From assembly GCF_009914755.1 (NCBI RefSeq), contig NC_060932.1: a DNA stretch of 64,000 nt; one strand, given 5' to 3'. This stretch comes from the human T2T-CHM13v2.0 reference genome, Homo sapiens. Numbering within the stretch: the stretch's first letter is position 1; each line of letters opens with the position of its first letter. The translations under genes were made by a program, and so were the position numbers. Positions 25,518-39,670 of this stretch are shown here, one piece after another. A model generated the notes under the pieces. That model made no database searches and was not told where the DNA came from. It saw only the letters and a program-made list of their open reading frames with translations.

Positions 25518-27688
25518 ATATTTGTCTTGATGTATATCTATATTTAGAAACAACATAACTCAAATCCAGGATTCCTCTTTGAACTAAATGTATTTTCTGA
25601 AGATACCACAATTTCCCCAGATGCACAATGACTCACCAGACCATATGATTTTTTTCAAGCTGGAAAGGTTGATTTCGTTTTCCTTAGGATCATATATGGA
25701 AGAATGTTTTTGTTCCATGGAGTGGTAAGCCCACAAAATCCTTTTTTTCCATGATATTTCTGGCTGGCAGCTTGCTTGCTTTTCCCTCCAAGTTTAACCT
25801 GTGATCTGTGAATTATGTTGAACTAAACACTCACCTCGCAGTGCTGAAAGTCAAGCCTTCTTTGAGATACACATAAAGTATCGGGCAGATGTTTTCCCCA
25901 GTCTTGTCCAGTGGGCAAATCTGGAGTTTTAACTTATGAAGATTTGGCTGGATCTGCTGACGACCAGGAACAGAATTCCACTACATCCTTTACCACAGTC
26001 TGGAAAGTCATTTAGCTCTGGTGGATTCCCCTCCTTCCCCTCCTTTCCTTTCTCCCCTCCCAACAAGTCTCTAGCCTCCTCCAATCTCCACCCCTCTAAG
26101 GCTTTGTTTCCACTGAGAGTTATTAATGAAAATTCATGGGGCTTCTGAACTACATTTTAGTGGAGACTGCTTGGAAGTGGGGCTCTGAGGGCCTTGAATG
26201 GCCTCAGGGTCACAGGAGTGCAACTGAAGCTAAGCTGGCAATGTATGACCAGCAAAGTGACTTCCAGCCTCTCCCTGGCCCCTACCTCTCAGGCACAGCC
26301 TTCTCAGGGACATTTGGCACTAGTTAAAGAGGAAAGCTGCATGGGTTTCTCTACTGAGGTCTGAGAGCAAAAGGAAAAACGCACTCTGCCTCTTGTTAAT
26401 TCCATCATTCTGTTTCCTGGCTTTCAAGTGAGCCAGACCACAGTGATCAGCCTTCCTCGAACTCTCCTGGGCTCTGAGTGTGCCCCTTGCTGGTGCTGCC
26501 CTCACGTTCCACAGCCGGCCCTCAAGCCTGCACCTTGCTGAGGCTCTTGCTGCCTGCTGGCCATTCCACAATTTCTTAGCTCCTAGACAAACCATTCTTC
26601 CTTTCTGTGCCTCGGTTTCCCCATCTGTAAAACGAGGTGGTCTAACTAGGTCAGTGATTCTCCATGGTGCTCTTTACAAACATGTATGTCCAAATGCACC
26701 CCGCCCCATACACGTGACCTACCAAGTCAGAAACTCTGTGGTTGATACCTAGAAATGAGCATTTTCAAAACCCTCCCTGCATTTCTGATGTCATCAGTCT
26801 AAGCATCCTTGTTCAGAAACCACCATATGAGATGACCTGGAAGGCCACTTAAAAAAATTCAGAGATTCACTGCTGCTGGTTTTTTAACTACTGCAGTTTA
26901 ACAGTGGCCAGCAGAAGAGAAAAGGACACAACGTGAAATTTTTAAGCCAGACATCCATGAGTCACCTACTCTGGGGAAATTTTGGAGATAGAATTGTTTT
27001 GAACTAGATCCAGATTGGACATAAATTAGGAAATTAGAATGAGGAATGGAGTAGGAGTTGTGGGATAATATATTGCCCTTTTTTTTTTTTCCAGGAGAGT
27101 CTGAACAACTCTACTCCCTAAAAGGTTTATTTATCCAAATGGCATAGATATAAATTTATAAATCTGAATATCCTCAAGCAGCTTAATTAACTTACATGAG
27201 ACTCAGTTTCCTCATCAGTAAAATGGAGATAATAATGTCTATAAGAATTAAGGGAATTAATATACTTAAAGACTTACCACAGTGGCTGGCACATAGCAGA
27301 TATAAAAAAACGTGTGAGTTACTTGAATGTATCCAGCTAAAATCACTATCAAATTCGATTACCTTGGGAGTAGGTCTTTCTGATGCTAAACAAAGTCATA
27401 ATTTTTGGGTAGCTTTTTAAAATTCAGAGTCAGGAGACATATTCAAGATAAAAGAGTCCAATGTCATCTCCCCTAGTTACAGATTTCTCTCCACACATCC
27501 TAGGCATATGGACACACAGTCTCTGCTTGGATATGTCCAAAGACGAGGAGCTCACTTCCTAACAGGGAAATATGTGTCATTGGTGCATAGGTCTTAGTTT
27601 TTAATAGTTTCTTACTCCGTCCCCCCCCAAAAAAAGTTTCTTACTTTGAATCTAAGTACTCCTTTATGAGACCCTTCAAGGTTGATCT

Positions 27689-27784
27689 TGTGTGTGTGTG
27701 TGCATGTGAGAGAGCGAGAGCAAGAGCGAGAGTGAGCGAGAGCGAGAGTGAGAGCGAGAGCGAGAGAGAGAGAAAGAGAGAGAG
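27689..27784. repeat. Compound (TG)n-(GAGAGC/GA)n repeat
   Basis: read directly. Confidence 0.85.
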
Positions 27785-28216
27785 TGAATATGATGGGAAA
27801 TGAGGCAGAAGGGGAGGAGAAAAAGGAAGAGGAAATTGAAGCAGCAGCAGCTCAGGAAAATCACCCCGTTCAGCAGGTGTAGACCATGGTGACTGAGGAT
27901 TCTGGCAGTGATGCCCCCAGGAAGTTGGAGGTGCTGTCAGTGCTATGGATGCCATGAAGGAAAGCTCTCATAGGGAGGGAAAGGATCAGTAGGCTTGAAG
28001 GTGGCCCTCCCCTTGGAAATTTGCCAATAAGACAACTGCAGGAATCACAGGCAGGATTGTCTCAATTTAAAACCAGGCTCTTGAATTCTAGTGTCTATGT
28101 CTTCTCCTGAGACGCTGTCACCTATCTTTATTTGCAAATGCTCTCAGGGGACAGAGAAGAGTCTCTAAAGGTCCCCCTCCATCACACTGACCTCTCCTAC
28201 CTCTTGTGATTCTCAG

Positions 28217-28384
28217 GTGCCATCATCTGTGGGTTGCTGAGCTCACCCAGTGTCCTGCTTTGTAATGTCAAAGACTGGATGGATCCCTCTGAAGCCTGGG
28301 CTAATGCTACATGTCCTGGTGTGACATATGACCAGGAGAGCCACCAGGTGATATTGCGTCTTGGAGACCAGGAGTTCATCAAGA
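28217..28384 (+). CDS. TG: TG exon 27 (168 nt)
   Basis: tctcag|GTGCC...AAGA|gtaagt; (G)AIICGLLSSPSVLLCNVKDWMDPSEAWANATCPGVTYDQESHQVILRLGDQEFIK(S); NAT sequon. Confidence 0.96.
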
Positions 28385-29384
28385 GTAAGTCTTTGCCATT
28401 TGTCCATATTCTTTCAAAATTACTCTTCACACGAGCAAGGCCCTCTGCTACTTTCTTATGAGCCCTCCTTGTGGCCTGAGGAGCTTATACTTCTGAAAAA
28501 AAAAAAAAAACTTTACCAATCATACTGGATGGAAACAACCCTAGCTTTTCAGCAGAACTCTATGGGAAGCATCCATTTAGCTCCTCAGATTGCAGGTGGA
28601 CTGTGGGCAGGATGGCCCAGCAGGGCAAGTCTGCTGCTCTCAAGAATCTTGGGGTTAGCTGGCAATTGATGGATCTCATCTAGTCTTGGTTGGCACATCT
28701 GGGCCCTGCTCTATGAGTTTCTCATCCTCCTCTGGAGGAACGTACTCTTCTGTAGATGGCAGAAGCAGGAAAAAGGAGAAATAAGCAAGGCCTCTGTTGG
28801 TGGAGCTCAGATCTGTCACGTTACCATTTCTGCCTCATCCTATTGGATAAAGCAAATCCCATGGCTAAACAAGAGACAAAGGGTGGGAAATAGACTCTAC
28901 TCCTTTAGTTGGGGGGACTGCCAAGTCATGTGCAAATAGTATGACTACAAAGAAGGATGGAAAACTGGAGCCTGAAATGCAATCTGTCCCCCAAACTAAT
29001 GCCCATCCAGGCATATTTTCCCCCTCTATGAGTTAAGAAATTCCAAGTTTACCAATTGTACTGCCCACTCTAGTGATGGGTGCAGGGGACCATGGGCTCC
29101 ATTGCATGGACTCAACTAACAGAAATAACCACTGGGCTTTCTCTTTCCTCTTCTTTCTCTTGGAAGCTCTTTTCTACAAACATATAAACACTATAGTGAG
29201 GCTGCATCTCTGCGATCATCTGCCCCAGCCTCTCAGTTTCCAGAGATGGGCAGTTAGTGCCTGAGGCCCCCCAGCCAGTGGCATCACCTTCACAGCCCTG
29301 CACTGCCTCTCCCAGCAGACCCCCATCAGGAAAAAGTGAATGCCCACTCTGTGCTGGGCTAGGGACTGGCCAACCATGTACCAC

Positions 29385-29552
29385 TGATGTGATCAGGAAA
29401 GACAGGACCAGCACCACCAGCACCACCATCACTGGAAGCTGGTTAGAAATGCAGAGTCTCAGGCCACACCCCAGCCCTCAGGGTGGGTCCCAGGAATCTG
29501 TGTTCTAACAAGTGGTCCAGATAATGCTTATGTAGCACTGATGGCTTGAAAG
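29385..29552. mobile_element. MER5A-like hAT relic
   Basis: ggaccagcacc...tggaagctggttagaaatgcagagtctcaggccacacccc...caggaatctgtgttctaacaag. Confidence 0.6.
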
Positions 29553-32500
29553 TTTCCTTCCATCACTGAGAGTCTGACTTATGATGAAGATGGGGCCAGC
29601 TGTTCCTTTTGTTCTTCCAGCTCCAGAGTGAGGTTGAGGGGAAGCCCTGCTCCTCGTTGTCTATTTATCTGCCAGAACCTGAACTGGGAAAGCACCTCCA
29701 TGCTTCCACTCCACCTTCTGAGTTGAGAGCAGTGAAGGCATGTGCAGGTGCTGACCAGATAGACTGAGCACCTGATGTGAGAGGGTCAGTGGGATTCTTT
29801 CTGTGGGAACCCTTGGGTGCTTATGTTGCTGCAGGAAGTGGTCTCCCAAAGGCTGGCAGAGACTCTCTCCTGCCTCCCAGGGAAGCTTCTGAGACTCACA
29901 CCTTTATATCCTGCATTTCTCAGGGTTCCAATGGCAGAGCATTCCATGTCACCTCCTCCAAGAGCCCTCCCTGACTACCCACAGGGCTTAGTGCTTCCTC
30001 GACTACAGAGCTTCATGGATGCTCTGCCCATTCCTTTGTTAGGCAGTGCAGTCAGCAGCGTGCCGCAATTGCGCATTTGCCTGTCTGTGGAAAGTTTGTC
30101 TGTGATGTTAAATCCTAGCTTTGGACACCACTTGTGTGACCTGGAGTAGGTGAATGAATGTTTTCAGGCCTAATTGCCTGTCTATATAATGACAGTAATA
30201 CCAGTACCCATCTCACGGGGTTGGGAGGATAAAAGGAGAGGATATAACAATAAAAAAATAAGGATAATAGAAATGACTTATGTAGCACACCCTCTGAGGC
30301 AGCCCTGCTCTGAGGCCTTGACCTATACTCACAAGTCCTCAACACAGTGCTTCAAGGGAGGCACTCTTATTATCATTGTCCCGGTTTGCCAGCTGAAGAC
30401 ACTCAGGCACATAGCAGTTAGGGGACTTCCCTAGGTCTTAGAGCTTGTAAATAAGAGGGCTGGGATCTGAAACCCAGCATTCTGGCTCTCTCACTGCCTT
30501 TCTTAACCACTTCTCTGTATGGGCCCTTGCAGATCAAGAACTAGCAGAGTTCCTGATCTGTGGTATTGATATTAGATGATGTTATCATTATTTTTTCAAT
30601 TTGTCATTGTTTTCTGTCATATTTTAAAAACTGAATTGTGTTTCATTAATTTCTGGATTACCACCATTGAGCTATGCTTTATAATGATGGCATAGAAAAA
30701 GATATATATATCTGTGAGTGAATGGTCACCAAATTCTGAAAATAAAATATCACAGAATTTGGTGGAATTCCATGAAGCACAAATAGTTTCTTTTGGCGTC
30801 AATAAAATCAAATCGCTTATTTATATGATGAGTAGTAAACATATGGTATTCATTACTCCAAGAGGTAGCACAGGGTGAATACAGGCATTTCAAGAAAGAC
30901 ATATGATATATTCATGGCAGTAAATCCAGAGTGAATTGCTCAACCCAGAGCATGTGCTTGATATGTGCCCAAGAAATGAGGACTGTGCCCTTGTCTGGCC
31001 TCCCAGAGTAGCGGTTACCAAAAGACTTTTGAAATGTTTGTTTTTTTCAGTGCCCTATATGTGTGTGTGTATTGTGGGTGAGGGCAAGGCTTTAAGAAGT
31101 GTGCACTATGATAGGGATTTCAGGCAGCCTTGATACTCCAAATTGGAGGTTGCCCTATACAAAGGCTGAGTAGGAGGCTACCTCCAACTGAAGGCAACAG
31201 GGCACAGATATTTCCTCTTCAAAATAAGAGGTCAGTCTTTTAGTACGATTAACCCCTGGAGGTGAGAGGGAGGGAGTGTAATAATTTAAATTCTAACTAC
31301 AGCGTGAAGAACTGATAGATACCCTTTTCTAACAACAGATATTGATGGAGGAAAAGAGGAGGATTCTGGGTACAGGAACAGTTGCAGGGGAGGGCATGGA
31401 ATGATTTGAAAGAACATAGGGGGTGCTAGGGACAATAAAGACAAACTCCATCTCCACTAAACTTGACTGGGGACTGGCCTCTTCATCCCAGTTTAACAAC
31501 GGGATAGATGGTTGTGAAGACAGACTCTGGAATCAGGCCCTGGAATTTGAATTCCAGTGTGAATGTCTCCTCAATGTGTGGCCCTTCTAGGCTTTGGTAT
31601 TCCCAATTACACAGTGAGGATGATGGTGGACTCTGACTCTCCAGGTAGTTGAGAGGATTAAAGAAGAATGTGTGTGGAGCAGCAGAGTGGTGCTGAGCAC
31701 AGCAGGCTAGCGGTGGACACTGGAGATACGGCACAAGGGCTGGGAGTGAAAATGCCTGGGATTGAGCCTGGCTTTTCCCCTAGCTCTGTGACCTTATTCA
31801 AGACATTTGACCACCTTCAGCCTCAGGGCCTCCATCTGTGCAATGGGCGCATTCGTTCACAGATTACTGAGTGAAGTGCTGGCAGGCTTCCCAGGCTGTC
31901 GAAGAATGCCTTGTTCTCTGGTCCCTGGCTCCCTAACAGCACACCCAACAGAGGCACCTATGGGACTTCGGGTGCAGACACCTGCTTTCGTTGATCAATT
32001 CACGGGTACTATCAGGCTATGGTTCAACACATGATCTGGGTAATGGGGAATTGGCATTTGTTTTTAAAGCACAAATGAATTGATTGCCAGGTGTAGGAAA
32101 TCACAACCCAAAAGAACACAAATTCAAGTAGTAAATATATTAATATCTGCACTGTATTATGCAAAGCACTTTCACGTACAACTCAATCGATCCTTTGGGC
32201 ACTCTGGTGAGGCAGTTGGTTATATCACAATTTCACTCATGAGAGTGAAGTTTGGAGCTGTGACTTGACACACTTTAAGAAACAATCTTTGCATTAGTGC
32301 CATGGCTGGGGCTCAAGCCTTCAGCTTAGGAGACCAGTGCTATCTTGTGGAAGCTCTCTACCCACTCCTGGCTGCCGCCTTCTGCTTCCACCATCCTATG
32401 TGCAATTTACTGGAAGTGGAAAGTGCTTTGGAGTTCTCCTTGTTATTGTGCCAGAAAAATTAAGGGGTCTCCGGTAACTGAGAGTGTCACTCCTCAGACA

Positions 32501-35500
32501 TCACTTTGGGGCCAGCTATGCTCCAGATATTGGGTATTAATGCCTGCTAATGGGATATTCTACTTCAAGGGTTTTACAGGGCTGTTGGGAGAAGGGAACA
32601 GAAGATTCAGGAAAGCTGTAGGGTCAACTGTGAGTTGCAGAGGGGAGCTGGGAGATGTGCAAACACCTTTGGAGGAGGTGAGTTTGTGGGGAGCCCTTCC
32701 CCAGGCTGGAGCAGCCCCTGTGTTTCCTCCTCCCTCCCTCATATCCTGAGCAGCTGCTGGGTAGATGTGAGGGTGAGGTGACCTGGCCAAGTCCAGATGC
32801 AAAGATGGGGACAGTGGCTTCTGTTCTTAAGGAGCTCACAGGCTAGATGGGGTGAGAGATACAGAGATTATTAAATACAGCAGGCCTCCTGTTTGCCCAC
32901 CTTAGTGGACTGACAGGGATTGTAGGAACACAGAATGTCTCCTTAGCATATCCTTTTCTGTTTGGTAAAAGCTTCATTCAGGTCACTTGCCACACAGAAG
33001 TTAGGACTGACTTCTAATACCAGCCCCCAACAAACAAACAATTATACCCCAAACAACTAATCCCACGAAACACCTGGAGGCTATTTTTATCTAATTTGGA
33101 GACACAGCACCTTTTGCTGTGAGGTTTCTCTTTCCTGCCATCAGCAATGAGTGATGGCTGAGAATATGAGATTTTGCTTCACTTGGTAACTGGGTTGACA
33201 TGTGTTCTCCAGAGAGAAATCCACTCAGGATCTGGATCTCCCAAATTTCCAATGAGCATTTCTGAGTGCATTCAACTATTTGCTGCTGGCTGGGTCAACC
33301 CTCTTATTTGTCAGAAAAACATCTTAGAAAGCTCTGGGGCTGCATATGGCTAGTTTTTGACAAATCTTGAAGTGCAAATGAATGGAAAAAAGGCAGATTA
33401 AATGTCCCCTAATGCCACACAGATGTAAAATTTGATAGAAAAAAAAAAAAGCCTTGGCAGAAATACTACTGGGTTCATCCTGAATCCAAAAGGCTTGATG
33501 TTGAGTGATTGTGAGGCTTTGCCTGATGCCTGGTGTTCACTTTATAGGGGTCTGTTTTATGTCAGTGATTGTCATTATCTTGGGGTGCCAGGACCTCAGT
33601 GGAGAAAGTTACAGTACACCTGTGGTACTCATTGCAATCAGACGCATCTAGATGAGATGGCTGATGAATGCCTAGGAATAGGATGAGTCGTTTAAAAAGG
33701 GCCCTACAGTTATTAGTTACTGCTGTCACAGGTTGTGCATTGCCATGTGCTTAGTGCTATGTTTGTGTCTTAGTTTATAGTTTGGATTCCCCCAGAATCA
33801 ACCATGAGACAAAGATTCAGGAGTGTCATTTAAATAGGAAGGACAAGGAATATGAACAGAGTCTCAGGGCAAGTAACACAGAGAAGACACAACAGCCAAT
33901 AAAGGGTGGACTCTGAGGCCAGTTGTACTTAATTCCCTGGATCAGTGCAAAACACACTTCAGAATGACCCCGCCAGCTAGGCCAAGGAACAGGGTGTGTA
34001 CCCAGTGGTGCTGCAGAGGACTTGGCTGACAATTGCAGGGAGGACAGCAGCTCCCAACCCTTCCATCCTGCCACTGTGCCAAGGGCAGCTGTGGCTTTCG
34101 GCAGCTCCCTCAGAGCCCTGGGCATAGAACAGCAGTTCATGTTGCATACGTCATTTCCACTCATCATCTAAGACCTGGAGAGAAATGGCATTTTCTCCAT
34201 TTACTGAGGGGGAGAGTAAGGCATAGGGACTCAAGGGAACTTCCTCAAGGTTATTCAGCTCACCAGTAGCACAGCTTGGGTTTCCTTTATTCCACGATCA
34301 TATGATCATTATTCAGATCTGCTTCACTCTGGGAAGTGGGATGTAGAGATCCTGATATCTGCCTCCTGTTAAGGAAGCTCACTGTCTAGCAGAGGGGCAA
34401 GGGAAACACATGGCCTCCTGAGGCAAGTGCCACTGTATTGGTACAGCTGAGCAGGCCTTGGTTCCCCTGAGGCTAGGCACCATCTGCTGGGAAGGACCCT
34501 GGGAGACTCCATCCTTATATCAATGCCTCCAGGACCTACAGCAGCCATTCTGAACCTACCTAACCAACACTGGAGGCCCAGGATTGTCAGCTGATTCTTC
34601 ATAATGGTCATCTTTGGTGGCTGGAGGTCTTTCCCCCCACAAGTCACTAGTGGATTGTAATGAAAGCAAGTCTCCAAATTCTGCCACACATCCAAGCAGT
34701 TATTAGCAAACAGGCCCAGAAACTGTCGCAACCTGTCACCTGTTCAGTGGCCCCAGTGAAGGCCCATCTTGCTATCCTTGGCACCTTGTTGGAAAGGTTT
34801 ATTTAAGACAGAACCAATACTATTCTCACAGCTGAACTCAACTCACCTTCTTGTCAAAATCAGATGAACAAGAATCCTTCAGATCCGTGACTGATCACAG
34901 ACCCGTTTTGAATCAAGCCACGGCTCTAGGGCTATTGGGCTCAGGAATCTGTCACAATCTCTTCCTGCCAGCATAGGAGTGACACTGTGATACATTTAGC
35001 CAAGCCATATGTTTTGAATGCTATGAATCTGACCAATAAATATGTACCTATTTCCAGCGTTCAGTAGGCTAATTAACAAAGGCCGGTGGTGGTGGTGTTA
35101 ACTGGGATAAAGAGTTGATGTATCTGTGACTGCTTCCTGGAGGGCGGGGCTCCTGGACAGCAGCTTTTCCATGCCATGTGACCACTCCTAGAGTGTGCTT
35201 TTCCGTTTAGGATCCTGTCCAGTTTAATCTGAGGGTGTGGATTAAAATTGACTGCCGCAGATGCAGCGCATGATCTCCTCAGAAGTTTTCTGAATAAAGA
35301 CCACGTCACACCCAGCAATGCTGGAGAATGGGCTCTGTGCCCAGACCCTCAAGTTCTCAGTGTGTTTGTGCTCCTTCAGCCTTGATCACAGGGGCAGCGA
35401 CCCTGATTCAGGGGCTGGAGGCCTGTATGTGTAGAAGGGATATTCTAACTCAGTTATTGGGGAAGAAATGAAAGTATTTTCTAGGCAGTCAAAACTGTGA

Positions 35501-37181
35501 TCATTTATCAGGGAAGAGGTGGAATGATGCTTGCTTGCATTCTGTGTACCTTCTTATTCTATTCTATTAGGGAAATTTTGGGGAATGGAGTAAAGGGTCA
35601 GAAGTCTGTTTAGAAAAACTAATTTGGGGCTAACCTTCTGATGCGTGGGAAGGCAATGTTCTGTGTTTATTTGGTGGGCTCTGTGTATCATTCATTGTTT
35701 TGTTCTCCCTCCTTCATTTATCCTTGCATTTATTTATATACTGAACACCAGCTCTGTGCCAAGAATTGTGCTGGGGGAGTGGGTGATATAAAGAGGGGAC
35801 TTACAGTGTATCCAGGAATCTGGACAGTAACTACCAGGCATGAGGGGAGAGAAAGAGAAGATCTCTGAATACTGCAAACTCAGAGGACGGGGGTGTGTGA
35901 CCAGCTGGAGAGCTCAGGGAAGCCTTTCAGGAGGCAGTGATGCAGAACCTGATTCTGAAAGAATGAGTAGAGGTCAATCAAGTGAAAGAGAACAGGGTTC
36001 TAGGCAGAGAGAAAAAGGCATGCAACGACGCAGAGGCCTGACAGCAAGCATTCAGTGTGACTCGGGAGGTGGGCACTTTGGAGACAGATTAGGGCATGAG
36101 GCTGCTCAGCTGTCATGAGCCAGATTGCAAGGAACTGAATTCTGACATCCTTGTAGCTCCTGCAGGACCAAAGGTAGGTTTGTCTTTCAGGATGAGTACC
36201 TGGGGGCTATGTGGCTGAGGGATGGGAAGGGGCCAAGGTCAAAGCCTGGGTGGGGATTAGCTAAACCTAATGGAGTTAGGAGTTGTGGTAAGGCTTGAGC
36301 TGAGAGGAAGGGTTTGGAGGAGAGGAAGGATTAAAGAACAGTTTAGGGACTAGTCTGAATGCATGTGGAGACTGATGGAGAAGGAGTCAAGGACGACCCA
36401 AGAGGAAGATGGTCCTATTAACTGATTTAGAAAGCAGGAGGAAGTGAGTTTGGGTGTAGGGATGGGAATGAGAGATGAGGAAGATAAGAGAAAGAAGGGA
36501 AACATTCTTTCTTTTACCCAGTATTCTCTATGTATTCCTATGGAGACTTGGCAATCATATTAACAATGAAGACCACCAAGGGGTTATAACTTTCCTTGTG
36601 GTGATTGACAAAGGTGCTTCCCAGGACACAATAATCTCTGTAGGTGCTGGTCAGGTGACTTTCTGGACCTACAAAGGTGCTCTACATACATGTGCTGAAT
36701 TTAGTTGAATTCCATTGGATTAAATTGTGTTGAAACAGGCAAAAACCAAGGATGAACTTAAGACAGCATATTTCCCAGGCTGGCAGACCCAGGGCTCTGT
36801 TGCCTTGAGATGGACAGAGTGTATAAGGTGTCAGCTTCCTATCACAGTTCAGTACATTCTGGGCCAAAAATACAGTCCCAAACTGATGTGCACCTGCGGG
36901 AAGCACCCATTTGTCTTTGAGTGGTGAAAAGCATCTATAATTTTTGACATTATGTAAAACAGGACACACACACCGACAGAAATAAGAGTCTCAGAGAGAG
37001 TGAAATACTCACCACCAATTCACCGCAAGTCAGACACTGAGACTGCTGAGAGGTAAAGACCTTCCTCTTGACATTTCCTAAGGATTACGGCTCTTAGGAA
37101 GGGGCAGGCGTGGGGATGTGACTGAATTTGTATTTGTATTGAGGGACTGTAACCCAAATTCCCCAGTGATTTCATGGTAAA

Positions 37182-37183
<2 letters not shown>

Positions 37184-37225
<42 letters not shown>
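37184..37225. repeat. (AC)21 microsatellite in intron 27 (possibly the Tgms2 marker)
   Basis: read directly; marker identity is recalled, not verified. Confidence 0.85.
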
Positions 37226-37227
<2 letters not shown>

Positions 37228-37551
37228 ATGTATATATTATTTTTCCATACGTTACTGGGGTAAGGTGGTGTTTGGTTACATGAGTAAGTTCTTTAGTGGT
37301 GATTTGTGAGATTTTGGTGCACCCATCATCTGAACAGTGTCCACTGCACCCTATTTGTAGTCATTTATCCCTTGTTCCCGTCTCACCCTTCCCTCCAAGT
37401 CCCCAAAGTCCATTGTATTATTCTTATGCCCTTGCATCCTCATAGCTTAGCTCCCACATATCAGTGAGAACATCTGATGTTTGGTTTTTCATCCCTGAGT
37501 TACTTCACTTAGAATAATAGTCTCCAGTCTCATCCAGGTCGCTGCAAATAT
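37184..37551 (-). mobile_element. 5'-truncated L1PB insertion whose tail region is a (CA)n microsatellite
   Basis: L1PB 3' UTR (ttggttacatgagtaagttctttagtggtgatttgtgagattttggtgcacccatc...); 15-bp TSD atttcatggtaaact at 37169-37183 and 37552-37566. Confidence 0.88.
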
Positions 37552-37780
37552 ATTTCATGGTAAACTGCTTCTTAATGGGGTCATTGGCTTCAGCCTTAGA
37601 CTTGAGAGCAATACAATACTCTAGAGATAAATGTTGTTTCTTTAAGTTTTACAGGTTAAATAAGAATTATAATGCATGACCAAAAGTATGTTAAAAACCT
37701 TATTCACTTTACATCTGTATTACCTATATGAGTATATAGGTTATATCTATAGCTCTCTCTATATGTATCTACATATGGCA

Positions 37781-37798
37781 TATCTATCTATCTATCTG

Positions 37799-37828
<30 letters not shown>
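37781..37828. repeat. (TATC)4 TGTC (TATC)7 tetranucleotide STR
   Basis: read directly. Confidence 0.93.
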
Positions 37829-37831
<3 letters not shown>

Positions 37832-37874
37832 AAAGAATCAGTATATCAATAGATTTGGGTATACAAAGATTTAA

Positions 37875-38240
<366 letters not shown>

Positions 38241-38731
38241 TCATGAGGAGAGAGTGAAAACGGAACACAAACTGAGCAGGTGCGCAACCACTGGTTCTGT
38301 GTTGTTGCAGTAGGAGTATATGGTGAGGTCTCCTCTGCAGTGTGGAGGACAAGGAGGACAAATCCAGTAATTGCAGAGATCCAAGTCTACATCTCTCAGA
38401 TGCCATAGGTGTTCACTTGCGCAAATTGTTATAAATAACTTTTACCTTCTAAAGAAGGCTATGACAGAATTTTGAGTAGATCCTTTAGAGAAACATCTCA
38501 ATATTGCACAGTCTGAGAAGTTCTAGCACCATTGTTTATTCCCATTTCAGAAGTAAAATCAAATGAAAGTGCAACTCAGTCTTTTTGTCTCACCTTTGTG
38601 TCCTAGAACATGGTAGCCCCGGGGAGACTTGTCACTTTGAGAGCCGTTTTCCAGAGAGTTCAGTTCACACCTCTTTAAACACAAACACCTTTAACATTTT
38701 TGCCATGTCAGATGGACAGAATTCTGAAGTA

Positions 38732-39070
38732 CAGCCATGCACCTCAAAAAGACACTTTGACCAATGAAAGACCATGTATGTAATGGTGGTCCCATAAGAT
38801 TAAATGGAGAATAAGATTATAAGATTAATGCATAAGATTATAATGGATAATAATAGAAACCTGATACATAGCACTTGATACTGACATTTCAGATCAAGTA
38901 GGGGAAATGATTAAGATTCATTAATGATGCTGGGACTTTTTTTGTATGAAAAATATATGTAAATAAAAGTATATAGAGCGTCTAGGCTTATGTAAGTACG
39001 CCCTATGATCACACAACAACAAAATTGCATTTCTCAGAACATATTCTGGTTGGTAAGAGATGCATGGCTG
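38732..39070. mobile_element. Tigger3-family TcMar non-autonomous DNA transposon
   Basis: perfect 10-bp TIR cagccatgca / tgcatggctg with TA on both sides; ggtggtcccataagatta and tctaggcttatgtaagtac motifs. Confidence 0.82.
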
Positions 39071-39252
39071 TATATTATCCTCTCCTTAGTGTGGTGATTA
39101 GGAAGGAGTATGGGATTTGAAGCCAAATAGATGGGGTTTGAATTCTTGCATTAACCTTTCTTGACTTTGATTCCTTTATCTGGAAATCAGGGACCTTACT
39201 TTATATCATGCCTGTGAGTTTTAAATTGGGTAATATAAGGAAGGTTTTTGTG

Positions 39253-39449
39253 CAAGCTTGTCCAGTCCACCTTTTGTTGTTGTTGTTCTGTTTTGTTTTG
39301 TTTTAGGTTTTTAGTATTCTGAAACCATGGTTTTTAGTTTCTGTCTTTAGTGATAAGCAGAAAAGAGTGATGAGGAAGGGGATTTACTGGCCCAACCAGA
39401 AACAGAAACTAGGAACCCATGACTGTATTCTCTCCCTTAGACACTGCTG
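39253..39449. mobile_element. MER107-like short DNA transposon
   Basis: caagcttgtcc...ttgttgttgttctgttttg...ggcccaaccagaaacagaaacta...catgactgtattctctcccttagacac matches recalled MER107. Confidence 0.65.
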
Positions 39450-39494
39450 CTAGTGTTGGATAAATGGTAATAACTGTTTATCAATAACTAGCTC

Positions 39495-39670
39495 TTCATT
39501 AGGACAAATACCTAATGCATGCAGGGCTTAAAACCTGGATGACAGGTTGGTAGGCGCAGCACACCACCATGGCACACGTATACCTATGTAACAAACCAGC
39601 ACAAAGTTTTGCATGTGTATCCTGGAACTTAAAGTAAAATAAAATAAAAATTTAAATAAAGGTATAAAAA
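39495..39670 (+). mobile_element. 5'-truncated L1PA7/8-like 3' end
   Basis: ttaggacaaatacctaatgcatgcagggcttaaaacc...ggaacttaaagtaaaataaaa; TSD actagctc. Confidence 0.85.

Noticed and set aside
39253-39449. Possible snoRNA or miRNA hairpin (ggtttttagtttctgt...acagaaactaggaacc)
   Set aside because: Better explained as the internal inverted repeat of a MER107-like DNA transposon; no convincing C/D or H/ACA layout.
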